Sequence record: SRR20825010_2423
Direction: 5' to 3' (one strand)
Length of the DNA stretch: 64,000 nt
Shown one piece after another: positions 47,106 to 57,310 of the stretch. A model generated the notes under the pieces. The model did no database searches. It was given only the letters and a program-made list of their open reading frames with translations, and was not told the origin of the DNA. The translations under genes were made by a program, and so were the position numbers. Positions within the stretch are counted from its first letter, which is position 1; every line of letters starts with the position of its first letter.

Positions 47106-48326
47106 ATGGCAGAGAAAGCAGAGAAACTTCAGGCGTTCGTCTGGGAAGGCAAAGACCGCAAAGGCAACAAAACCAAGGGCGAGGTGTCTGGCACCAACCT
47201 GGCTCTGGTGAAGGCCCAGTTGCGTAAGCAGGGCATTATTCCAGACAAGGTGAAGAAAAAACCAAAGCCCCTGTTTGGCGGCAGCAAAAAGATCACGCCT
47301 TTCGACATCGCCATGCTTACCCGCCAGCTCGCCACCATGATGAAGGCTGGCGTGCCACTGGTTCAGAGTTTCGATATTGTGGCTGACGGCCTTGAAAACA
47401 GGGGCCTTCAAGAGCTGGTCACCAACATCCGCAACGATATTTCTTCGGGCACCAGTTTCGCCGGCGCCCTGCGAAAGTATCCCAGGCATTTTGACGACTT
47501 GTACTGCAACCTGGTGGATTCCGGGGAAAAAGCCGGTGCCCTTGAGAGCATGTTGGACCGTATCGCCACCTATCTCGAGAAAACCGAGATCCTCAAGAAG
47601 AAAGTCAAAAAAGCCATGACGTATCCGGCCGCCATTATTGTGGTTGCCGTGATCGTGACCGCTATCCTGTTGGTAAAAGTGGTGCCCCAGTTCGAAAGCC
47701 TGTTCAAGGGCTTTGGAGCAGAGCTCCCCGTGTTCACGCAGATGGTTGTCAGACTGTCTGAGTGGCTTCAGACGTGGTGGTTTGTGGTATTACTGGGCAT
47801 TGTAGGAACGATCTTCTTGTTCAAAGAAGCGGTGCGACGGTCTCAGAAGTTCTCTGACTTTGTGGACAAATACGTTTTGAAACTGCCTGTCGTGGGCGAA
47901 ATCCTAGACAAGTCGGCCGTCGCCAAGTTTGGGCGCGTACTTTCCACGACCTTTGCGGCTGGTGTTCCGCTTGTCGACGCCCTTGACTCCGTTGCCGGCG
48001 CGACCGGCAACGCCGTTTATCGGGATGCTATCCAGCGAATAAAAAACGATGTTTCGAGCGGTACCCAATTACAGGCCACCATGCGCCAACAGGATGTGTT
48101 CCCGGTTATGGCCGTGCAATTGACCGCCATTGGTGAAGAATCCGGTAACCTGGATGAAATGCTGGAGAAAGTCGCCGTCCATTACGAAGCGGTGGTGGAT
48201 GACATGGTCGACAACCTCACAGCCCTGCTGGAGCCGATCATCATGGCGGTACTGGGCGTACTCGTAGGCGGCTTGATCATCGCTATGTACCTGCCGATCT
48301 TCCAGATGGGTCAGGTGGTTGGCTGA
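47106..48326 (+). CDS. pilC: Type IV pilus platform protein
   Basis: TRQLATMMKAGVPL, GEKAGAL, KKAMTYP, GEESGNLD and AMYLPIF. Confidence 0.97.
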   Translation: MAEKAEKLQAFVWEGKDRKGNKTKGEVSGTNLALVKAQLRKQGIIPDKVKKKPKPLFGGSKKITPFDIAMLTRQLATMMKAGVPLVQSFDIVADGLENRGLQELVTNIRNDISSGTSFAGALRKYPRHFDDLYCNLVDSGEKAGALESMLDRIATYLEKTEILKKKVKKAMTYPAAIIVVAVIVTAILLVKVVPQFESLFKGFGAELPVFTQMVVRLSEWLQTWWFVVLLGIVGTIFLFKEAVRRSQKFSDFVDKYVLKLPVVGEILDKSAVAKFGRVLSTTFAAGVPLVDALDSVAGATGNAVYRDAIQRIKNDVSSGTQLQATMRQQDVFPVMAVQLTAIGEESGNLDEMLEKVAVHYEAVVDDMVDNLTALLEPIIMAVLGVLVGGLIIAMYLPIFQMGQVVG

Positions 48327-48411
48327 TCACGCCCTTCCTTTCACCACCCCCTCTCCCCACCCCTCTTCCGCAATGGGAGAGGGGCTTTGATGGCGCAGAT
48401 TGAGAGTTTTG

Positions 48412-49287
48412 ATGATTTCCGTTGATACGTTCCTGGCCACGCCCTGGCTTCTCTATACCGCAGTCATTTTCTTCTCCCTCTGCATCGGTAGCTTCCTGAA
48501 TGTGGTGATCCTTCGCCTGCCGAAGATGATGCAGCAGGACTGGCGCTGCCAATGCGAAGAGTTCCTGGAGCTATCAGACGATCAACGCAAGAACGATGAG
48601 CCGATTACGCTCTCCAAACCTGCCTCCACCTGCCCTTCCTGCGGTCACGGGATTCGCGCCTGGGAAAACGTCCCTGTCATCAGCTACCTGGTTTTGGGCG
48701 GCAAATGCGCTTCCTGCAAAGCGGGCATTTCACCGCGATACCCTATCATTGAGGCGATTACCGCGCTGTTTTCGGTGGTGACCATTCAGGTCATGGGGCC
48801 ATCTGAGGCTGCATTATGGTCTCTGCTGTTGGTATGGGTATTAATCGCACTGACCGTGATTGATTTCGACACCCAGTTGTTGCCAGACAGCATGACGCTG
48901 CCCCTCATGTGGCTCGGCCTGATACTGAATTACTTCGGCGTGCTGACGGATTTCAGCAGTGCCTTCTGGGGCGCGGTGGCAGGCTATCTGTCGCTGTGGT
49001 CGGTGTACTGGCTGTTCAAGTTGGTAACCGGCAAGGAGGGCATGGGCCACGGCGATTTCAAGTTATTGGCGGCGCTGGGCGCCTGGCTGGGCTGGGAATT
49101 GCTGCCGGCGGTGATTTTGTTGTCGTCTTTGGTCGGTGCCGTTGTGGGGATTAGTTTGATGGTGTTCCGCAAGCACGGCCGCGAAGTGCCAATTCCGTTC
49201 GGGCCCTATTTGGCGGCAGCGGGTTTGCTCTGCCTTTGGTTTGGGGCAGAAATTCAGGCAGCCTGGTTTACCTATCTGGGGGTTTGA
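48412..49287 (+). CDS. pilD: Prepilin peptidase/N-methyltransferase
   Basis: GSFLNVVI.RLP, two CxxC motifs, IDFDTQLLPD, GMGHGDFKL and PFGPYL. Confidence 0.97.
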   Translation: MISVDTFLATPWLLYTAVIFFSLCIGSFLNVVILRLPKMMQQDWRCQCEEFLELSDDQRKNDEPITLSKPASTCPSCGHGIRAWENVPVISYLVLGGKCASCKAGISPRYPIIEAITALFSVVTIQVMGPSEAALWSLLLVWVLIALTVIDFDTQLLPDSMTLPLMWLGLILNYFGVLTDFSSAFWGAVAGYLSLWSVYWLFKLVTGKEGMGHGDFKLLAALGAWLGWELLPAVILLSSLVGAVVGISLMVFRKHGREVPIPFGPYLAAAGLLCLWFGAEIQAAWFTYLGV

Positions 49288-49890
49288 ATGGCAGTCGTAG
49301 GCCTTACCGGCGGAATCGGTTCTGGCAAATCCACGGTCGCGCGGCTGTTCGGAGCGCTGGGAGTGCACTGGGTGGATGCGGATGATATTGCCCGCGAAGT
49401 CGTCGAACCCGGCACACCTGCCCTTGAAAAGGTTGCGGAGCATTTTGGGCAGGAGATCCTGCTGCCGGGTGGCGGCCTGGACCGTGCGGCGCTGAGGCGA
49501 ATCGTATTCGATGCGCCGGAGAAACGCACCTGGCTGGAGGGGCTGTTGCACCCGGTAATCCGTGAGGAGCTGATGCGGCAACTGCGTCCGGTTAACTATT
49601 CCCTACCCTATGTACTTCTGGTGTCGCCTTTGTTGTTGGAAACCGACCAGCATGAGCTGGTCGAGAAAGTCGTCGTGGTGGATGTGCCGGTCGATGTGCA
49701 GATTCAGAGAACCATGGCCAGGGATACCAACGACAGAGAGCAGGTTGAACGCATCATCGCCGCTCAGATGCCGCGAGAACAACGACTCCGGAAAGCCGAT
49801 GACGTGGTGGACAACAACCTGGCTATAATGGATGTTGAGCGTCAGGTTGAACAGTTACACCAGACGTTCCTGGCAACCTTTGGGCGCTAG
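49288..49890 (+). CDS. coaE: Dephospho-CoA kinase
   Basis: GLTGGIGSGKST, DAD..AREVV, LDR..LR and LLHP. Confidence 0.96.
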   Translation: MAVVGLTGGIGSGKSTVARLFGALGVHWVDADDIAREVVEPGTPALEKVAEHFGQEILLPGGGLDRAALRRIVFDAPEKRTWLEGLLHPVIREELMRQLRPVNYSLPYVLLVSPLLLETDQHELVEKVVVVDVPVDVQIQRTMARDTNDREQVERIIAAQMPREQRLRKADDVVDNNLAIMDVERQVEQLHQTFLATFGR

Positions 49891-49895
49891 TGTCT

Positions 49896-50642
49896 ATGAG
49901 CCGACACCCCTCCCGCCCCGCCGTTGATGCCTTGACGCTGACCCCCATCGCCATTACCCGCTCCTGCTTCCGGGACAAGTTTGGTGTACCCCGACAACCG
50001 GGACTGACCCGCTTTGCCCACGCTGACCTGATCATCCAATCGCCCTTCGATCGCGAGGATGCGTTCCGGGGGTTGGAGACGGCCAGTCACCTGTGGCTGA
50101 CGTTCCAGTTCCATGAGGCGGTACGGGCGGAATGGCGGCCGGTGGTTCGGCCACCCCGGCTGGGAGGCAACAAAAAGATAGGTGTGTTCGCCAGCCGGTC
50201 ACCTTTCCGCCCCAACAGCCTGGGGCTGTCAGTCGTGAGAAACGAAGGACTGACGCGGGACGCGGGCGGTCACCTGGTGTTGCGGATTGGGGACCACGAT
50301 CTTATCGACGGCACCCCCATCCTGGACATCAAGCCCTATCTGCCATTTGCAGATTCAGTGCCGGAAGCCACCTTGGGTTGGGCGGAGTCCGCACCGACGG
50401 ATCGTCTACCGGTAGTGTTCCTGGATGAGGCTGACCAACAGCTCGCAGCCTTGCCAGCGGATCAGTATCCGGATTTCCGAGACTTGATAGAAGATGTGGT
50501 GAGCTACGACCCTCGCCCGTCGTTCCGGCGTGGCCGGGATGAAGAACGGATATACGGAGCGCATTTGTACGATCTGAACGTGCGCTTCCGCTTTGTCCAT
50601 GATGAATCACAGGAACGTGTCGAAGTGCTAACGGTCTGTTAA
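49896..50642 (+). CDS. tsaA: tRNA m6t6A37 methyltransferase TsaA/TrmO
   Basis: KFGVPRQPGL, VRPPRLGGN, GVFASRSPFRPN, DGTPILDIKPY and DPRP. Confidence 0.93.
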   Translation: MSRHPSRPAVDALTLTPIAITRSCFRDKFGVPRQPGLTRFAHADLIIQSPFDREDAFRGLETASHLWLTFQFHEAVRAEWRPVVRPPRLGGNKKIGVFASRSPFRPNSLGLSVVRNEGLTRDAGGHLVLRIGDHDLIDGTPILDIKPYLPFADSVPEATLGWAESAPTDRLPVVFLDEADQQLAALPADQYPDFRDLIEDVVSYDPRPSFRRGRDEERIYGAHLYDLNVRFRFVHDESQERVEVLTVC

Positions 50643-50674
50643 ACTGCAGATCGGTTGATTTTTCGACACAGGGA

Positions 50675-53035
50675 ATGCGTGCCTTGCCTCCGATCCGGTT
50701 ATTCAGACGAATAGGTGTACGGCCACTGGCTGCCAGGCTGCTGGTATATGTTCTGTTGTTCAGTCTGATCCTGTCGCTGGCTGCCACCGGCGTTCAGATG
50801 ATTGGCGAGTTTGAGCGCAGAACCGAAGAGTTGCGCAGCACCCAGGAACGCGCTGCGGAACTGGTTGCCGGCAGTATGAGCAACAACCTCTGGTTGATGA
50901 ACTATAGCGAGGTTGCCAACAGCCTGGATGACATGCGCGCCATTCCGGTTATCCAGCATGCCCGGGTGATCACAGCCGCTGGCGAGGAGTTCAACACGGG
51001 TACCTATCCGGATGGCCGGGTGATCAGCCAATCCTTCCCCCTGGTGTTCAATCGCGCGTCCTTCAATAGCCCGGAAGCCATGGGCACCTTGACTGTGACG
51101 TCGTCTGTGGAAACCGTCTACAACGAGTTGATGGACCGGGCATTGCTCACACTGCTGTTCCAGTCGATGATCGTGATGCTGGGCACTCTCGGGCTTCTGG
51201 TCATTGTTCGGCTCACCCTTTCCCGTCATCTGGAATCGATTGCCGACTACGCCGCCCGGCTTAACCTGGACGCATTGATTGAACCGCTGAGGCTCCGCCG
51301 CAAGCCCCCAAAGCGGGGTGACGAACTGAGTGAGCTGGAACAGGCGCTGAACACCATGCGCCTGCAGCTGCTGGAAGACACCCGCTCCCTGCGCCAGACC
51401 TCCATCCAATCCCAGGATGAACGAGATCAAGCCGTGCGGGCAAACCATGCCAAGAATCAGTTCCTGGCCAACGTCAGCCATGAGTTGCGCATTCCGCTGC
51501 AATCGGTGCTGGGCTACGCCAATCTCCTGTCAGATACCCCCCTCGATCAGGACCAGCGGGAATATGTCCACACCCTGCTCAACGCTTCGGAGGGATTGTC
51601 GGCCATTATCAATGACCTGCTGGACATCTCCAGTATGGAAGCCGGCAAGCTGGTGCTGGATGACATTCCCTTTGACCTTCGCGACACCTTGAATGATCTG
51701 GTGCATATGCTGGGTGCACGGGCTCGGGAAAAGGGTCTGGCGCTGGAACTGCGAATTGACGAGAACCTGCCCTGGGCCCTGAAAGGGGATCCGGTACGGC
51801 TGAGGCAGATTCTGCTCAACATGACATCCAACGCCATCAAGTTTACCGACTCCGGGCACGTGCTGATCAGCATCGAGGTGCTGGGTCGGCGGGATAACAA
51901 CGTACGACTTCGGGTGGCGGTTGAAGACACGGGCGTGGGGATCAACCCCGAGGATATACCGCTGGTGTACGAGCCCTACGTTCAGCTCGGTCAGCGTTTT
52001 CAGCGACAATTGCCGGGTGCAGGCCTGGGCCTGACCATTTGTCGCCAGCTGGTTCAGTTGATGGACGGCTCACTGGACCTTGAGAGTAAACCCGGCGAGG
52101 GCTCCACCTTCTGGATGGAGCTCAGCCTGCAGGTTGCGCCAGAGAGCGCCGCCCGCGGTCGACCGGATACCAGCATGATCCGCGGGCGGCACATTCTGGT
52201 GGTGGACTCCTATGAACTGTCCCGCAAGATTACCCTGGAAATGCTTTCGCGCCACGAGTTGGATATCGAAGCGGTAAAATCCGCCGGCGAGGCACTGACC
52301 TCATTGCGGTTGGCCTCGGACAACCACAAGCCCTTTGATGCCTTGGTGCTGGACGGGTTTGTACCGGATATGGACAGTGACCTGTTGTGCCGACAGATCC
52401 GTAGCAACCCGGAATGGGGCCATACACGGCTATTGATTCTGTCGTCCAACCCCCAGCGGGGGGATGCAGAGCACTTCCGGCAGGCCGGCGCCGATGCCTT
52501 CCTCAGCAAGTCCCTGCGGGAATCGTGCCTGACCCCTATCCTGCACCAACTGTTTTCGGATTCCGTCCGTAATGAACGTCGCTTCCTGACCCGGTTTTCC
52601 CTGCAAGCCGTCAGTGACAATACCCGCCGCCAGGAATTACCCTGCGGCCGCATGAAAGTTCTGTTGGTGGAAGATAACCCGGTCAACCGCACCCTCACCC
52701 GCCGGCTGCTGGAAAAGTTAGGCTGTGATGTGATGACGGCGAATGACGGCGAAGCCGCCTCCAGTCTCTGGCAATGGCACCCCTTTGATTTGATTTTCAT
52801 GGATTGTGTGATGCCCCGGGTGGATGGTTTCGAGGCCACTCGCCGCCTGCGCCAATGGGAGAAGGACCACAACCGTAATCGGGTACCTGTGGTGGCGCTG
52901 ACTGCAAGCGCTATGGAAAAGGATGAAGAGCGCTGCCGCGAGGCAGGCATGGACTCGTTTGTTGCAAAGCCGGTCAATATTGAAATGTTGCGGGCGGTTC
53001 TGGAACAATACTGCCAAGCCTCCGCATCCACCTGA
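50675..53035 (+). CDS. Membrane hybrid sensor histidine kinase with two receiver domains
   Basis: Two TM helices, a HAMP-like segment, H-box [36 protein letters not shown] and GAGLGL, then REC1 (LVLDG) and REC2 (VEDN, FMDCVMP, KP). Confidence 0.93.
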   Translation: MRALPPIRLFRRIGVRPLAARLLVYVLLFSLILSLAATGVQMIGEFERRTEELRSTQERAAELVAGSMSNNLWLMNYSEVANSLDDMRAIPVIQHARVITAAGEEFNTGTYPDGRVISQSFPLVFNRASFNSPEAMGTLTVTSSVETVYNELMDRALLTLLFQSMIVMLGTLGLLVIVRLTLSRHLESIADYAARLNLDALIEPLRLRRKPPKRGDELSELEQALNTMRLQLLEDTRSLRQTSIQSQDERDQAVRANHAKNQFLANVSHELRIPLQSVLGYANLLSDTPLDQDQREYVHTLLNASEGLSAIINDLLDISSMEAGKLVLDDIPFDLRDTLNDLVHMLGARAREKGLALELRIDENLPWALKGDPVRLRQILLNMTSNAIKFTDSGHVLISIEVLGRRDNNVRLRVAVEDTGVGINPEDIPLVYEPYVQLGQRFQRQLPGAGLGLTICRQLVQLMDGSLDLESKPGEGSTFWMELSLQVAPESAARGRPDTSMIRGRHILVVDSYELSRKITLEMLSRHELDIEAVKSAGEALTSLRLASDNHKPFDALVLDGFVPDMDSDLLCRQIRSNPEWGHTRLLILSSNPQRGDAEHFRQAGADAFLSKSLRESCLTPILHQLFSDSVRNERRFLTRFSLQAVSDNTRRQELPCGRMKVLLVEDNPVNRTLTRRLLEKLGCDVMTANDGEAASSLWQWHPFDLIFMDCVMPRVDGFEATRRLRQWEKDHNRNRVPVVALTASAMEKDEERCREAGMDSFVAKPVNIEMLRAVLEQYCQASAST

Positions 53036-53055
53036 ATACCCGACACAAGGCCACC

Positions 53056-53244
53056 ATGAACGTAGAATGTCCCACCTGTAAAAAGTCCGCGGAATGGAAT
53101 GAGAATAACCCGTTTCGCCCTTTCTGCTCCGAACGCTGTAAACTGATTGATCTGGGCGCCTGGGCCAATGAGGAATATCGTGTTCCCGCAGAAAATGCGT
53201 CCCCCGACGATCTGGATCAGGGCGGCGACACAACCACCCATTGA
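53056..53244 (+). CDS. yacG: DNA gyrase inhibitor YacG
   Basis: CPTC...[17 protein letters not shown]. Confidence 0.95.
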   Translation: MNVECPTCKKSAEWNENNPFRPFCSERCKLIDLGAWANEEYRVPAENASPDDLDQGGDTTTH

Positions 53245-53345
53245 TCGCCCGCATTAACCCGCCCTTAACCCGTTTTAAGTTGAGCCACTTGGGCCGGACC
53301 GTTAACATTCCGGCGGTTACATTCAAACATTAAGAAGGTCGAAGA

Positions 53346-53900
53346 ATGAAAGCGTCCCGAATTCCCCTTATCGTTCTGTCACTTGCGGCAGCACCTGTAT
53401 ACGCCTCCGATGTGGACCTGAGCCTGACCAACGACTCGGTCAAGGGCCAGGTCAACTTCTTCGGCACCAATTCCGACATCCAGGTCGGCACCGGCTATAC
53501 CTATCACGAAGGCAGCCGTCACATCGGCAACGTGGATTTCCACGCCCAGGGCCGCACCGCCATTGGCAACCTGCCCACCACAGCGGGCATTGGTGTTCGC
53601 GCCTTCGGATGGGATGATGATCGGCTGGACGGCGGCGCCGTGGCTCTCGGCGGCTTTGCCACCGTGAATGTACCCAACGTACCCGGGTTGTCATTCACCG
53701 GCGGGCTTCACTACGCGCCCAGCATCCTTGCCTTTGGCGATTCCGATGACCTCACCAGCCTTGAGCTTCGCGGCAGCTACCGTGTTATCCGCAACGCCGA
53801 GGTGTTTGCCGGTTACCGCTACCTGAATACCGACTTTGACGGTCGTGGTGACTTGAACCTGGATGAAGGCGTGATGGCCGGCATGAAGATCTTCTTCTGA
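53346..53900 (+). CDS. YfaZ-family outer-membrane beta-barrel protein
   Basis: Signal peptide, alternating beta-strand pattern, YAPSILAFGD, GYRY and a C-terminal Phe. Confidence 0.78.
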   Translation: MKASRIPLIVLSLAAAPVYASDVDLSLTNDSVKGQVNFFGTNSDIQVGTGYTYHEGSRHIGNVDFHAQGRTAIGNLPTTAGIGVRAFGWDDDRLDGGAVALGGFATVNVPNVPGLSFTGGLHYAPSILAFGDSDDLTSLELRGSYRVIRNAEVFAGYRYLNTDFDGRGDLNLDEGVMAGMKIFF

Positions 53901-53920
53901 TCAGGTCCTGATTCCGCAGA

Positions 53921-53954
53921 GTAACCCTGCCCGCCTCTACCAGGGCGGGGTTAC
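53921..53954 (+). terminator. Stem-loop after the YfaZ-like gene
   Basis: GTAACCCTGCCC...GGGCGGGGTTAC inverted repeat without a clear U-tract. Confidence 0.4.
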
Positions 53955-54042
53955 CGCTCCCCATTTCGTGCCCTTCCTCACTCTTTGTGCCTTGCCAACT
54001 TGATAGACTTCTGGCTCACGCTTCTGGAACGTTTTATCTGGC

Positions 54043-56256
54043 ATGGACAACCCTATGTTTCACCTAGCTGCACGGACCTTCACCGCTGTATTCACTCTTT
54101 CCACTGTTACGTTGATGATCGGCTGTGACGGTAGTGGCGACGCGAACGACGACGTGGCAGGCCGGGGAAACAGCTTCCCGCCGACAAAAAACGCGATCGA
54201 TGACTTCACGCCCGGCTCAACCGGCGATTCCAACAATGCGTCCGGCCTGGCCAAAGATGAAGTACGGATTACCATGGAGGTGCCGGAATCCGTTGCACCA
54301 GGTGGTGAGTTGACGCGCCGCAACCTAAGGATTGTGGAGCCCGACACCATTCGGGTTTACCTGACCGATCAGACCCTCCGCGAGCTCGGCTCCGTAGAGA
54401 CTCGGTCCCGCCGGGAAGACAGCGGGCGAACCGTCATCCGTTTTGAGAATGGACAACCGATAGGACCCAATGTCGTTATCGAAGCCACTTATGGCAACAG
54501 CCGCATGCGATCACTGGCGGCCGATGAAGACCGGGACGTGAAAGTGAACCCGTTTTCGGAATACCTCGTGACCAACTCGCTGGACCTCTACAGCTCAGGC
54601 GAGTTCTCCCAGATCATGGACTGTGTGAACGACGTCAATGGCTCACTGTGCTTGAACAAGTACGTCTGGCCCACACTCGCCGATCAGGTCCATGATTTTG
54701 AAATCGATATCCCCGGCAATCTGGATGTCGACGGAGCACTCGACCTGCTAGAGGAACGGGGAGATTTCGCCCGATATGTGGACGCTATGGCCGATTATGC
54801 ACTATTGGGAGAAAGCTCCTCCGGCAAGATAGAAGCCAGCGCCGCGAACTACAATTCAGTGTTCTGGGGCGTCGAACTGGGGCAAACGTTTCTCGAGTCC
54901 AGCATTGCCGGCTCCGGCCAATGGGGCGTGCGGATCGCCCGCGAGGAAACCACAACCGACCAGAACGGTACCGGCTATGTTTACCCGGGCATGACGTTAA
55001 CCTCCCTCGACGCCTTCAATATTCGAGTCACCAACCTGGCCAGCGATATCCCCTATGATCGCCGGGCCCTGATACATGCCGATGGCAACGAGTTCTTCGA
55101 CCGCCCGGCCTGGGACCTGAATACCCACTCATCCTCGCCTGGCGCAGCCACCGTGGAGGACGAAACCCGCCTGCTGGCCGGCCGCGCCCTTTACCAGAGC
55201 ATCACCGGCCGTGGTAGCTCCCGGATCATCGGCTGGACCCGCAACCCCTATTTCATGAGCGCATACGTCGGTGGCGGCACCGAACAGCCCGATCGAGTCC
55301 TTAGTGGGTATTTCAGCGCCGGGAAAGCGATTGAACTTCGCTCGGAGAGCGGTGAATTGAAGCGCGAGCGGACACTGGAAGATCACTACCTGTCCGTGTT
55401 TGAACTGAACCTGCTCAGGAAAGAAGGATTCGAGCGCCAGAAACTGGATGGCCGCAACTACAACGTGGCTTACCTGTCCACCCGCATGGGCGATGAGAAC
55501 CAGCCCTTCGTGGTAGAAGCCGGCGTGGGAAACTGGCAGATCAGTGGCCCATCCGTCACCCAGACCATGGCGACCACCTCCCTGCGCAGGGACAACACGG
55601 GGAACGTCACTGTTTCTGTGCCGGCAGACAACCCCGGCCAGCGGGACGCCAACTGGGTCATCAGTGAGCGTCAGTCCCGGGTTTACGACCCAAACAGTGG
55701 AAACCGTATCGTCAGTAACGGGCGCCTGAATCTGGACCGCGACAGTGCCTCCGGCCTGGATGAGAAGCCGGATATCGCCGTCGGCGCATCAACGCCGAAC
55801 GGTTCGCTGATGGCCTTCAACCTGGACACCAATGCTATTGGTGATGGAATTCTGGTGGCTGCCGAGCAGGCCAATGCCTCTCCACCCAGCCAGGGGCGCT
55901 ACCGCCTTCAGGGCGTGGGGGTGGGAATGGAGCAGGCCAGCAACCGGCTGATGCATTTCGATAACGCCCTGCTGGTGATTGAATCTTCCGGCAGCGCCCG
56001 TCTGGAGGGCCGGACGCTCGAGGTTGTCCATCAAGTCAATGCCGAATCGGTCTCCACTCCGCAGGCACAGTCACCCGGAACGGTATCCCTGGCGTACACG
56101 GCCAGCAACACCGGGGCTGCAACGTTTAGTGCGGGCAGCCTGACGCTGGACGGCTTTTTCACCAGCGATCAGGATCAGTTTTTCCTGCAACTCAGGCAGA
56201 CAGAGGGCCAGGAAGAGGTGCTGGGGTTGCTCATGGCGACACGCCTGCCAGAATAG
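54043..56256 (+). CDS. Large hypothetical lipoprotein
   Basis: 737-codon ORF with a hydrophobic leader, lipobox-like LMIG/C, a Gly/Asp/Ser linker and a beta-rich body. No family recognised. Confidence 0.7.
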   Translation: MDNPMFHLAARTFTAVFTLSTVTLMIGCDGSGDANDDVAGRGNSFPPTKNAIDDFTPGSTGDSNNASGLAKDEVRITMEVPESVAPGGELTRRNLRIVEPDTIRVYLTDQTLRELGSVETRSRREDSGRTVIRFENGQPIGPNVVIEATYGNSRMRSLAADEDRDVKVNPFSEYLVTNSLDLYSSGEFSQIMDCVNDVNGSLCLNKYVWPTLADQVHDFEIDIPGNLDVDGALDLLEERGDFARYVDAMADYALLGESSSGKIEASAANYNSVFWGVELGQTFLESSIAGSGQWGVRIAREETTTDQNGTGYVYPGMTLTSLDAFNIRVTNLASDIPYDRRALIHADGNEFFDRPAWDLNTHSSSPGAATVEDETRLLAGRALYQSITGRGSSRIIGWTRNPYFMSAYVGGGTEQPDRVLSGYFSAGKAIELRSESGELKRERTLEDHYLSVFELNLLRKEGFERQKLDGRNYNVAYLSTRMGDENQPFVVEAGVGNWQISGPSVTQTMATTSLRRDNTGNVTVSVPADNPGQRDANWVISERQSRVYDPNSGNRIVSNGRLNLDRDSASGLDEKPDIAVGASTPNGSLMAFNLDTNAIGDGILVAAEQANASPPSQGRYRLQGVGVGMEQASNRLMHFDNALLVIESSGSARLEGRTLEVVHQVNAESVSTPQAQSPGTVSLAYTASNTGAATFSAGSLTLDGFFTSDQDQFFLQLRQTEGQEEVLGLLMATRLPE

Positions 56257-56334
56257 CGGGGAGCAAACCACCCGGGCGACGTTGGCGTATAACCTGTTAT
56301 AATTGCTGTCATATCGATTGTAACGAGAGGTTTT

Positions 56335-57261
56335 ATGTCTTCTGGTATCCGGGCACTGTGGTTGATAGTTCCGCTGATGGTTTTTGGTTTGTGGGGCATA
56401 CTGCACACTCCTGACCCAGACCACGACCGCGACGCCGAGGACTCGGATGTCGCCCTGGCCAAACTGCCCTCACTCCCTGGTTGGTCACGAGCGGACTTGC
56501 CGGATTTCTCCGCCTACCGTGATACCACCGAGAAGAAAGCCGCGTTTTTCTCGTTCCTGTATCCACGTATCGTGCTGGCAAACTCCCGTATTCTGATCGA
56601 GCGTGATTACCTCGACAGCCTGGCCGGCAAGGACGAACTCAGCAAATCGGAACTTTCCTGGTTGAAAAGCCAGGCCGAGCGCTTGAGGGTTGATGAAGAA
56701 CCCGGCAGCGAAACCATGTTCCGACGCCTGAAAAACCGCCTCGATGTGATTCCGCCCTCGCTGGTGCTGGCTCAGGCCGCCAATGAATCCGCTTGGGGCA
56801 CCTCCCGTTTTGCACGTAGAGGCAACAACCTGTTCGGACAATGGTGTTTCTCGCAGGGCTGCGGTCTGGTGCCCCGGGGGCGAGTTGAGGGTGCCAGTCA
56901 TGAAGTGGCAAGCTTCTCCTCGCCTTACCGATCTGTGCGTTCGTACATTCAGAACCTGAATCGCCATCCAACCTACCAGTTGCTCAGGGACATTCGCCTG
57001 AAAGCCCGTAATCGTGATGATATCGCCAGTGGTCCAAGCCTTGCTGCCGGTTTGCTGGGGTATTCCGAGCGCGGTGAAGATTATGTGGAGGAGATTAGAA
57101 ACATGATCCGCCACAACAACCTGGATTATTATGATGACGACTTCCAAGCTATTGTTCAGGGGGCTAACTCCCAGGAACTCTTGGAGTTGGCTGCGGCAAA
57201 ACAGGAGCAGGCACTGTTGCCCGGTGCCACCACCGCTGACGAAACCAGTAGCGAAGGCTGA
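56335..57261 (+). CDS. Bax-like glucosaminidase-domain (GH73-type) protein
   Basis: N-terminal TM, EKKAAFF, IPPSLVLAQAANESAWGTSRFA..GNNLFGQWC, NLNRH and YSERG..Y. Confidence 0.88.
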   Translation: MSSGIRALWLIVPLMVFGLWGILHTPDPDHDRDAEDSDVALAKLPSLPGWSRADLPDFSAYRDTTEKKAAFFSFLYPRIVLANSRILIERDYLDSLAGKDELSKSELSWLKSQAERLRVDEEPGSETMFRRLKNRLDVIPPSLVLAQAANESAWGTSRFARRGNNLFGQWCFSQGCGLVPRGRVEGASHEVASFSSPYRSVRSYIQNLNRHPTYQLLRDIRLKARNRDDIASGPSLAAGLLGYSERGEDYVEEIRNMIRHNNLDYYDDDFQAIVQGANSQELLELAAAKQEQALLPGATTADETSSEG

Positions 57262-57310
57262 CACCGCCATCACACAACCAAGCTAAATCGTATTCCGGAG
57301 ACATCGGTCA

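Noticed and set aside
48346..48385. CCCCTCTCCCC...GGGAGAGGGG inverted repeat between pilC and pilD
   Set aside because: A single imperfect copy in this window with no U-tract. It may be a small intergenic repeat, but this cannot be supported from the window alone.
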